Virus record (IMG/VR): IMGVR_UViG_2706796244_000001
Span: 1-64,000 of that record
Source: a virus
Lineage: Duplodnaviria; Caudoviricetes
Strand: one strand, 5' to 3'
DNA: 64,000 nucleotides
A program made the translations under genes and the position numbers. The notes under the pieces are model-generated. The model was not told the DNA's origin, made no database searches, and saw only the letters and a list, made by a program, of their open reading frames with translations. Positions 45,101-52,003 of this stretch are shown in pieces; the stretch's first letter is position 1; each line of letters starts with the position of its first letter.

Positions 45101-48100
45101 CTTGCCCAGCTGCTCGCGCATCACCTCACGAGACACGTTGTGCACCTTGATGCCAAGGCCTTGGGCCAGACCCAGGCGGAACAGATCCATCTGCTCGCCA
45201 TCCTTGCTCAGGTCCAGGGTGCTCCAGGTGGGCAGCAGCATTTCGCGGATCAGCTTGTTGGACTGCGGGTTGTGCTTGCCCAGCATCTGCATGCGGTTCA
45301 CGCGGGTGAAGTTGTAGGCGAAGCGCACAGGCACTTCAGTGATCGGGCGACCACCAGCCACAGCTTCGAGCTCAGCCAGCATGGTCTCCATGTGGTCGAG
45401 ACCTGCCACCACGGAACGGTTCTTCCCTTCCTGGCTCTGGTAGTGGGTTTCGTTCGTGGTCTCGGGATCGATGTTGCCGTGGCCAAACAGCTCCAGCACG
45501 CCATCAGTGCCCAAGGCACGGTACACGTTCACCATGTCCTGGTCCACGAAGTAGGCCGTGGCCTGGTCATGCTCCAGGGCCTTCTTCTGGTCAGCGGTCA
45601 GCTTCACCGAAGGATTGCGCAGCTGGCTGGTGGCCACCGGGGGCACAGCAGTGTCGAAGAAGAACTGCTCAGGCGGGTCGGTCAGCACGGCATGGTCGAT
45701 GGCGCCGGAGAACTCACGCTTCACGTCATCCTTGTCCATGCCCTTGGGCACGAAACGGTAGAGAGTGCGGTAGGCGTCCGTGCTCTTGGTGTCGGCAGGC
45801 AGCACCATGCCATCGGAGTTGATGTGCGTGACCTTCTGCTCAACCAGACCTTGGGCCACCATGGCACGCAGGAGCTCGGCACCGATGGCCATGGGGATAC
45901 CTTCGGTGTAACCCTGGGCAATGTCCTTGCCGGCAGGCACCACACCCCAGTAGTCAGCGACCTTCTGGCCCAGGCTACGGATGGCCTCACGCATGCTCAT
46001 GCCCTCGTCCAGGATATCCACGAGGTGATCCACCTGGTCCATGGGCAGGCCGGTCATGGCAGCCACGTCAGCAGCATCAACATGCGTGCCCATGGAGTCG
46101 GCAGTCAGCAACCACTGTGCGCCAGCCAGGCCGGCAGCTTCCACCAGAGCAGGCTGATAGAACAGGTTGCCATCGGCATCTTGCGCCAGGGCGTTGAAAG
46201 CCTTGCCTTCAGTCCAGCGCTGGGGATCAGTCAGCTTACTGTCCAGCACCTTCTGCTGGACAGTAATGCCCTTGCTATCTTTCTGGGCCAGCTTGGCAGC
46301 CATCTGCTCTTCCAGCTGGGCCACCAGACCACCAGCAGTGTCCACGGTGTAGTCGCGGAATGCCTTGGCCAGATCGCCGCTGAAGTCTCGGGTCATGGCC
46401 TTGCCGGTGAACTGCGCCAGCTTGGAACCAGAAGAGAAAGCACCCAGCACCGAGGCAATGGGGTTCTCTTCGCCGATCAGACGAGACTTGGCTTCGGCGG
46501 GCAGCTTGAAGGCCTTCTCCAGCCAGTTGGTCTTGGAGACGCCCATTTTGATCAGGCCCGGGAAAGCAGCAGCAATAGGAGAGACAGGCTCAGCAGCCAC
46601 GGCAGGAGCTTCTTCAGCGACGGCTTCAGCTCGCTCCACAGTAGGCACAGGGTCAGCAGCAGGCTCTCGAACTTCGGGAGTCGATTGGGTTTCTTCATTC
46701 TGTTTCACTTCCTCACGAACTGGTTGGCGTGCCCCCGTATCATCCGTGGTAGGCGCTGCGTCCACCTTGGATGCGGCTTCTTCAACCACCGGCTTCGCGG
46801 CAGGTTGCTTCTTGGCAGCGGACTGGCTACGAACGTAGGCTTCACGCAGGTTCCGGGGAGTGTCCGCCAGCAGGGCCGGATTCAATTCCACAGGAACCTT
46901 ATGCGCAACACCAAGCTCACTGAACGCACCCGCCAGGCCATTGAAGATATCCGTCAGGGCCTGAGTTTCAAACCCAACCTGCTGAGCAAGCTCGATGCTT
47001 TTCTCTTGCAGGAGATTGACGTACATCGGCTTCTTGGCTTCCCGCAGCGAACGGTTCGGCATCAGTGCCATGTAGGGGACACCATCAGCGTTTGGGTTCC
47101 CCGCAGCGAAGTGTTCGTTCAGGGCGGTGACTTTGCGGCCCATGTGATCGACAAAAGCCCCGAAGTCGTTAAGACGCTCCCGGGCAAGGTCGAAGTTTCC
47201 TGCACGCATCGCCGATGCAATGCCGCGAGCATGCTGTACCGCCGACTGCTCGCCAGCGCCCGTGCGGCTATCGTCCGTCTTAATCTGCTTTGAAACGATG
47301 TCAATCTTGCGGTTGTGGCCGGCAGCTTCAACCTGGGCATCGTATGCCTTGGCTGCTTCCACGACCGACTGGGCAACCTTCAGCGACTGATACTGTGCAT
47401 TGGTCAGCGCAATCTCACCAGACTCGGCCTGCTTCAGCACAGCAGCGACTGTAGCAGCCGGCATTTTCTCAGGTGCCACCTGAGCCACCAGCACAGCAGC
47501 CTGAACCTGCTCAGGCGTGGCAGCCACACCCTCAACAACAGGTGCAGCCTCCATCTGGGCAACCACCTTCGGCAGCAGCTTACGTTCCACGAAATCGTAG
47601 GCCTGCTTCACCTTGGGGGTGTTGTCCATGTTCGCCAGCACACGGTCAAACTGCTGGAGTGCAGCCACCGACTCAGGGCTGCCCATGGCGGCACGGATGT
47701 TGTCCTCGTTGGCGTTCTCTTGCAGGGCCGTGATCGGCTCGACCTGCATGTACAAGGCATAGGCCATGGCCACCTGGTCCTGCACATTGTCCGAGGCGGC
47801 AATGGAACTGGACAGGCGCTGGATGGCATCAGCCCGGGAGGTCGAACCTTCCAGGGCAGCAGCGACGACAGGGGTGATTCCCTCTTGGTTCACGAACTCG
47901 GGGTCGTAGGCCACCGTGGAGGCAATGTCCTGCACGTACTGGTGGACCTGGGCCTTCACTTCGGGGGCAGCATCAGAAGCGTCCACAGCGGCAGCCATGG
48001 TCTCGACAGCGGCCGGTGCAGCCTGTACAGCAGCTTCAGCGGCAGCAGCTACCTTGTCGTCGGCGATGGGGCTGGCCTTGGCATTGCGATTGCGAATCTT

Positions 48101-49348
48101 CTCTGCACGGGCAGCTACGGTATCGTTCACGGCAGCAGCACCGGCCATCAGGCTCTTGCCTCCACGGATCACTGCACCGCCTGCCAGGCTGGGGGTCTGC
48201 ATGGTGCCGGCTGCCAGGGAGCCCAGCAGTGCACCTTCACCCGTCTGCTCGCCAACACCCTCCAGCAGATCTTGGCGGTTGTCCGCCAGGGACTTACCCA
48301 CGTTGCCTGCAATGGCGCCGGAAGCGGACTGAGCACCTTCCTCAAGGAACTCACGGCCCACGTTGGCCAGGGCCTCACGGCTTGGAACCACGGAAAGAGG
48401 ATTGCCCTCGAACTTGGAGACCAGCTTGCCAGTTGCCGCGGCAATCGGAGCTTGGATGGCACCAGAGACCTGGGCAGCTTGCCAGGCCAGTGCACGCTTG
48501 GCACGGTCGGGGGTCAGGCCTTGATCCACCAGAGCACGGAAGTGCTCGGAATTCTTGGCCAGATCATCGGTGCTCATCTTCATGATCTCGTTGGCCGTGC
48601 CAACGAATGCGCCGCCGCCTTCCATGGCGCCGATACCAAGAGCCACACGGCCACCAGTGGCGAGTGCGGCAGTCGGGGCAGCAACGATAGAGCCCACGGC
48701 TTGACCAACACCGGCAGCAGCCAGGGCCGAGTCATCGGTCAGGCCTGCCATACCATCCAGAACACCCTGGCCGATACGCTTCAGGTTGCCGATGGTCGTG
48801 CCATCGTTGGCATTGTCGGCATCACGCTTACGCAGGGCAGCACGGACAGTGCCGGCAGCCTTGCGCTCATTCATATTGGTCGTGTTCAGGGTGTCGAGTG
48901 CCTTATTGGCCTCATCCACCTTGGCAGCCATGGCCAGCCCTGCATCCTTGTCGAACCAGCTGGTGCCCCAAGCGGTCATGCCGCCCAGAGCATTGACAGT
49001 GCCTCGGCCAATTTCAGTCACCAGATCCGCAGCCATGTCTTCGCCGGTAGCGAAGCCACGTTGGGAGTTGGTGTAATCCACCAGGGCATTGGCCTGGTCG
49101 GCAATGGCGTTGGGCGCAGTACGGCCCATGGCAGAAGAGATCTGCGCAGGATCGCCAGTGGCAAGGAGATTTTCAGCGGGAGTTGCGGATGCTGCACCCA
49201 GTCCAGTGAGGCGCTGGACAGCCGGGAGAATACCGGCAGCGTTGGCGTCCAAACGTGCTTGCTTGTCAGCGGCGGCGCTGGATACCGCATCCGTCTTGGA
49301 TTGCGTCCCGAAGGCTGCACGCTGGAGCATATCAAGGTAGTTGGCCAT
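39107..49348 (-). CDS. Virion-encapsidated RNA polymerase (N4 gp50-like, 3413 aa)
   Basis: Size; motif A EADGVTNG, motif B RGIAKNPLTITIYGSG, motif C KIFDG; no Cys seen. Confidence 0.97.
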   Translation of the reverse strand: MANYLDMLQRAAFGTQSKTDAVSSAAADKQARLDANAAGILPAVQRLTGLGAASATPAENLLATGDPAQISSAMGRTAPNAIADQANALVDYTNSQRGFATGEDMAADLVTEIGRGTVNALGGMTAWGTSWFDKDAGLAMAAKVDEANKALDTLNTTNMNERKAAGTVRAALRKRDADNANDGTTIGNLKRIGQGVLDGMAGLTDDSALAAAGVGQAVGSIVAAPTAALATGGRVALGIGAMEGGGAFVGTANEIMKMSTDDLAKNSEHFRALVDQGLTPDRAKRALAWQAAQVSGAIQAPIAAATGKLVSKFEGNPLSVVPSREALANVGREFLEEGAQSASGAIAGNVGKSLADNRQDLLEGVGEQTGEGALLGSLAAGTMQTPSLAGGAVIRGGKSLMAGAAAVNDTVAARAEKIRNRNAKASPIADDKVAAAAEAAVQAAPAAVETMAAAVDASDAAPEVKAQVHQYVQDIASTVAYDPEFVNQEGITPVVAAALEGSTSRADAIQRLSSSIAASDNVQDQVAMAYALYMQVEPITALQENANEDNIRAAMGSPESVAALQQFDRVLANMDNTPKVKQAYDFVERKLLPKVVAQMEAAPVVEGVAATPEQVQAAVLVAQVAPEKMPAATVAAVLKQAESGEIALTNAQYQSLKVAQSVVEAAKAYDAQVEAAGHNRKIDIVSKQIKTDDSRTGAGEQSAVQHARGIASAMRAGNFDLARERLNDFGAFVDHMGRKVTALNEHFAAGNPNADGVPYMALMPNRSLREAKKPMYVNLLQEKSIELAQQVGFETQALTDIFNGLAGAFSELGVAHKVPVELNPALLADTPRNLREAYVRSQSAAKKQPAAKPVVEEAASKVDAAPTTDDTGARQPVREEVKQNEETQSTPEVREPAADPVPTVERAEAVAEEAPAVAAEPVSPIAAAFPGLIKMGVSKTNWLEKAFKLPAEAKSRLIGEENPIASVLGAFSSGSKLAQFTGKAMTRDFSGDLAKAFRDYTVDTAGGLVAQLEEQMAAKLAQKDSKGITVQQKVLDSKLTDPQRWTEGKAFNALAQDADGNLFYQPALVEAAGLAGAQWLLTADSMGTHVDAADVAAMTGLPMDQVDHLVDILDEGMSMREAIRSLGQKVADYWGVVPAGKDIAQGYTEGIPMAIGAELLRAMVAQGLVEQKVTHINSDGMVLPADTKSTDAYRTLYRFVPKGMDKDDVKREFSGAIDHAVLTDPPEQFFFDTAVPPVATSQLRNPSVKLTADQKKALEHDQATAYFVDQDMVNVYRALGTDGVLELFGHGNIDPETTNETHYQSQEGKNRSVVAGLDHMETMLAELEAVAGGRPITEVPVRFAYNFTRVNRMQMLGKHNPQSNKLIREMLLPTWSTLDLSKDGEQMDLFRLGLAQGLGIKVHNVSREVMREQLGKMLSDLAPSTEILRDVLAGGRLTPEQIQELKSNFKAAGADLTNVGFHALVDWARLQMADDKSAFRTGVYVEADGVTNGPINAMALMTSGLFTEGWVKNIGKGGMFFGTAEKTMNQHRSNDDSVDMYEASTHELTRNLATLRSELSSAPEVAEQLSQLESLMELFLKDLTFKDGALQMKRGIAKNPLTITIYGSGARGIAGKLVSNVMDEVYEKMSAMLQAQAKNPGLDSARAMFGDNADAEAKYDRFWAGMHALLTKKAVYSKKKGQWMLLDTESSLPATFDPKTFKLDGPSISALTDNMLNLFVGPMVQAINTTVGEGVMSSVAYLRDATQIQSLILEDAFARKVDEMMAEEAKKPEYRKGDFLSREQLDEALQAVLPLAPFVSLDGKQTYFIAGSQNSPVTNTSIAAALDGTFEIEASAPGPANAGVAGIPFMTIGSGDGMLMQDLSTMPGAPGDNLKIFDGVNFRLDHLMDNSRMANQAVYASWQRNPLAAVQKSFAVTLEKLDLVSMRPEGLKKLAEAVLGKKQAEAGFTVDQLEEEIRLLGDGLSAVADSAEARHRVLSRVAMSVDQMAAAGAPFHNQGSVVLDGSPKEIASQLNALLAEEQATMRKAKARVKPAKEAAAGQSALDAIGNAGRALKSGVRELSPTALNQVGKALAMSPEQAELYGEAMRGKHLAGWKVVFGTEEQLNAYAIEKGMPAGLNAGDRGVTLPGVKTILLASPTVETLVHEIVHAATYEKVLAAEMAPELNDAATNQAVQRIKALREQFLNGDFSSAAAAAGPVALRSFMDAKAAVLGALRNRELGADERQAIATNEFMAWTLANTYLVSTAKAVAASPLVRLAQAAVAALKKLVWGRAKAATAPGSDVASNLLFNTMVVMRGQMAVSDAVADTALAQNQAYGDDTRLDTINRGFAQALQRLEAIAPTAVNPKINQALKTAADASLVVAGQGFVMSAQQMTTFRNMVAAMASQAKLDPNSMAEADALYQHVLKNLEPEHFMADPDSRDPGAYYNAKRKYDAVVGNTREVKDALGRETLMPVFLALAVTSPEMREALAKLPLPKAAKGTDGTLNTMLRNAGEDAMFRLGRAVGGVKGNTLSDIADSLSLHAAEVAQERANFLSTAASAAGGVIDTVNDKMVEGLQALSDASLAAGEKLAQGNIVEKTGASILRGVAALTSEKNGKAVAEGIMGMANAANLWKPAFDLLNDLSGRTSSNAAVYDLIKLVRSTVQQTRQQFREEVPAIIRGKFSRDLTATEWADLHQGLGKTDIAALAQATSVEEARRLAADPKARAAAIKAAEAEVKSIDGAGAAKRIEKAKQLAAYMMGAKAGARLLRNASAIWDLAVANPKLMGNADGIAAIDKLVSLYALDSLPATNSTSLLVQQEAEGIDFAISYLMGQRVEEERKAAQYPMAKYNALKGELPSPAQAGVSLVVADDAEFASLAERSYTRVADFVGSDLDRGARSRGYYFAPVSAKAAFAQGIMQNVRMTAGGVDALNGFSQGMTGGRITDPQKVKDLAKWLDRDTGAGSLIPVYDELGKVVALERAVDPAQLALLNQEKNLASAIGQWRGRQVEEVQGTAFNEVLVDRLADMWERDLADGKKDQYVNLAGPVKDPVLRDAVNLLNKAQVAQIEARFGEGEFWVRKDMLDDAMGYRAASIGDAWTGNTRWSEATQKRVTDIATAVFGNDAYRYMVNSEQVLKNFVADAKTIIVVKSMIVPWANMISNVYQLISRGVPIGNIVRGVPKKMAEVKAYTDGRSEVIRLEADLLAARGNPSKELVLNNRIKAIKDGWTRLSIFPLVQAGEFAAISDAALGVEERMLSEGRLHSYVEALTDRLPESMKTAGKYALITKDTALFQGLQKAVDFGDFLAKAIIFDDLTQRKKMSAEDALARVTEEFVNYDRLPGRTRGYAESVGLLWFYNFKIRISKIALSTLRNNPLHALLAGTIPQPSDVGLPLEDNLFTAMAEGRLGNSIGPGMGMRAPTLNPFMALVS

Positions 49349-49399
49349 GGAGGTTCCTAGAGATATGATGAACTAACACCGGGAGTGTACCCGGAATTG

Positions 49400-49422
49400 A
49401 AAAGAGCCCCGAAGGGCTCTTT
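49400..49422 (-). terminator. Intrinsic terminator (UUCG on the minus strand)
   Basis: Minus strand AAAGAGCCC-TTCG-GGGCTCTTTT. Confidence 0.75.
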
Positions 49423-49435
49423 CTATTGTGCCAGC

Positions 49436-51574
49436 TTACCGGCTGAACAGCGCTGCCAGTCGGCGTGCTTTCTGGACCTGCCGCTCTGCTTGCGCATAGG
49501 CCTGAGTGCCGGGAGTGGCATTTGCCAGGGCAGCCTCGGCACGGCGAAGGTCAGCAGCTGCACGGCCACCGGCAGAGTCGGCATCAGCCTGGGCTTGCGC
49601 CTGCTGCTCCACGGATGGGCCGCCAGATGCCTCAATGGCAGCAGGCTCCATACCACGGTTGCCTGCATTCTGGTAGCGGGGGCGGAGGTTCGTGCTGCGC
49701 TCCTGAGCATCCAGTGCACTGGCCAGAGCTTGCTCTGCCTTGGTGACGTTGGCTTGCAGCGGAGCCAGGCCGGAAGCAGCGCCCGGGCGGCCCTTCACAC
49801 GTTCCTTGCCGGCAGCCAGTTCGGCCTCTGCATCCTTCAGCGCCTTCTGTGCCGAGCTCACCGTCTTGCCTGCATCCTGCACCAGGTCACGGTTGGCGTC
49901 GATCACGGCTTGACCACCGGAGTTCACCAGCGCACCCAGAGCGTCGAGCTCCTTCATGTTCACCATGTCCCGGATGTTGGGGGAACTCAGCCACTGGAAG
50001 GGCTTCCAGCGGTCATCGCCCACACCAGCACGCTGGATGATGGCAGCGGCCACGGACGGCTGCACCTTGTACTTGGTGCCGACTTCAGCAATCAGCTGAG
50101 CCATATCCGAAGACTTGGCGCCAGAGAATGCACCTTCCTTGCCGGTCATCTTCTGGGCCAGCTCCATGCGGCTGGACTGATCCTTCTCGATTTCCGACAG
50201 GTTGGGAATACCGGCTGCTGCCATCTGCGCATCACGGCTGGCGATGGAACGGCCAGCCCAAGTGCCGGCCATCTGCATTTGGGCGTTTGTGCGTTGGCCG
50301 CCATCAGCAGCTGCTTGCTCAGCATTCGGAGGCACATCGGAAGACTCCCGACCGGCACGGCCCATGATGTTGGGCACGTACTTCTGGGTTTCCTGGGGCA
50401 GAGCCTTGAGCCATGCACCCGTGTCCTTGGAACCTGCGGTGGCAGCAATGGCCTTGTCCACCCGGCCAGGGCCAGCGTTGTAGGCGGCCAGAGCCTTCTC
50501 TTCGTCGCCGCCGTACTTGTTGAGCATGCTCGTGAAGTAGGCCTGGCCCAGAGCTTTGTTGTAGGCAGGGTCGGTCTTGTAGCGGTTCTCGTCCCAGGGC
50601 AGGCCAGCCATACGAGCAGCTTCGGGAGCAGTGTCAGGCATGACCTGGGCCACTCCGATTGCACCCTTCGAGCTGGTCTTGACGGAGCCATCGGCGTTGA
50701 ACTGCTGGCCGCCAGATTCCTGGAACAGGAGCGAGTCCATCAGCTGGTTGATACGGGCTGCACTGCCAGCCGGCGCTGCGACGGCACCACCTGCTTTACC
50801 CTTGGTTCCACCTGCGGTGCCCGAACCAGAGGAAGAAGTACCGGCAGGGGCTTGCCCCCACTGGTCCAATCCTGCCTGCTTCAGCATCTGCATCTTTTGC
50901 TGGGGAGTTGCCTTCGGGTCATTGATGATTCGGGCAGCAGTCTCGGCAGGGCCAAAGTCATTGGCCAGGGCATCAGCACCGAACTGCGCAACTGCCGCGG
51001 CATCTGCCAGCTGTTGGCTACGGCCACCGGATGCCTGAGCAGCAGCGACGTTCGACTGGTTGCCAGAGAGGATGCCCTGCAGCTTGTCGGCGGGGATACC
51101 GTTGAAGGCGCCTGCCTTATAGGCCTCGGCCTGAGCCTGCTGATACGCCGGGTAATTGCCGGAGGCGGCAGCCTGCTGCATGGCCTGGATGTACGGGCTT
51201 GCCGCGTCCAGCGCCTGATCGGTACGGACGGTGCGGCCCATGTCATAGGCACCCTTTTGCACAGCCTGGGCGATCTGCGTCTGGCGCATACCGTTCAGCT
51301 GATTTTCTTGGATCTGCTTCAGGGTGCCCATGTTCAGGGTCGAAGGATCGACACCGCGCATCATGGCTTCAGCAGCCGCAGGGTCACGGCGAGCCATGTC
51401 GTTGAGCATGGCCGAAGTGCCAGCCTGGTCAGCCTGATTCTGGCGCCAGCCAGCAATGGCGTTCTGTCCGGCTTGCGCTGCATTGTTGAGCAGCGTGCCG
51501 AAGGTGGAGAGTGCGGAGGCGCTGCCCGAGAAATTCGGTGCAGACACCTCACGCCAGGTGAGGGGTCCAGCCAT
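49436..51574 (-). CDS. Ejection protein with a lytic transglycosylase (SLT) domain (N4 gp51 position, 712 aa)
   Basis: QESGG, GAIGVAQVMP, ALAAYNAGPGRV, ETQKYV. Confidence 0.85.
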   Translation of the reverse strand: MAGPLTWREVSAPNFSGSASALSTFGTLLNNAAQAGQNAIAGWRQNQADQAGTSAMLNDMARRDPAAAEAMMRGVDPSTLNMGTLKQIQENQLNGMRQTQIAQAVQKGAYDMGRTVRTDQALDAASPYIQAMQQAAASGNYPAYQQAQAEAYKAGAFNGIPADKLQGILSGNQSNVAAAQASGGRSQQLADAAAVAQFGADALANDFGPAETAARIINDPKATPQQKMQMLKQAGLDQWGQAPAGTSSSGSGTAGGTKGKAGGAVAAPAGSAARINQLMDSLLFQESGGQQFNADGSVKTSSKGAIGVAQVMPDTAPEAARMAGLPWDENRYKTDPAYNKALGQAYFTSMLNKYGGDEEKALAAYNAGPGRVDKAIAATAGSKDTGAWLKALPQETQKYVPNIMGRAGRESSDVPPNAEQAAADGGQRTNAQMQMAGTWAGRSIASRDAQMAAAGIPNLSEIEKDQSSRMELAQKMTGKEGAFSGAKSSDMAQLIAEVGTKYKVQPSVAAAIIQRAGVGDDRWKPFQWLSSPNIRDMVNMKELDALGALVNSGGQAVIDANRDLVQDAGKTVSSAQKALKDAEAELAAGKERVKGRPGAASGLAPLQANVTKAEQALASALDAQERSTNLRPRYQNAGNRGMEPAAIEASGGPSVEQQAQAQADADSAGGRAAADLRRAEAALANATPGTQAYAQAERQVQKARRLAALFSR

Positions 51575-51583
51575 TGTTGCTCC

Positions 51584-51991
51584 TTACCGCGTCAGGCGGT
51601 TCTTTTCGACGTAGGCATCAGCACTGGCCTGATCACGGCCCTCAGTGAATGCACGAGCACGGGCACGATCTTCCAGTGCCGTGTTGTAGCTCTTCAGCTG
51701 AGCGCCCAGATTGGTCTCGGTGACACCCTTCTGGAAGTTGAACTGGTCACGAGCCAGCTTATTCGCCTGGAAGGCACCGTACAGGCCACCCAGGGATTGC
51801 AGCATACCCATGCCGAACTGTGCCGTGGGCATGTTGAAGCCGAAGCCCTGGGGTGCCTGTGGCTGATACTGGCTGGGTGCGTAGCCCGGCATCTGGATGC
51901 CTTGGGCACCACCCATCATGGGCAGGCCAGCAGCACCAGGCATTTGCAGGCCGTAGTTGGCCATGGAAGAAAAGTCGTATGGGCTGGCCAT
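51584..51991 (-). CDS. Small ejection protein (N4 gp52 position)
   Basis: G/M/Q-rich with amphipathic GMLQSLGGLYGAF; synteny. Confidence 0.75.
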   Translation of the reverse strand: MASPYDFSSMANYGLQMPGAAGLPMMGGAQGIQMPGYAPSQYQPQAPQGFGFNMPTAQFGMGMLQSLGGLYGAFQANKLARDQFNFQKGVTETNLGAQLKSYNTALEDRARARAFTEGRDQASADAYVEKNRLTR

Positions 51992-52003
51992 GGGCCACCT
52001 CCT

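Noticed and set aside
41312-47293. 1993-aa plus-strand ORF antisense to the vRNAP (likewise 47315-49360, 49385-53965, 58641-61820, and the long minus-strand ORFs under middle genes)
   Set aside because: These are shadow frames: GC-rich codon bias avoids TTA, CTA and TCA, so the in-register antisense frame stays open. They have no SD, no recognisable motifs and typical shadow composition.
46440-47620. Lower-GC patch inside the vRNAP gene as a foreign insertion
   Set aside because: The frame is intact, the patch includes the acidic linker ahead of the polymerase domain where divergence is expected, and no boundary repeats were seen.
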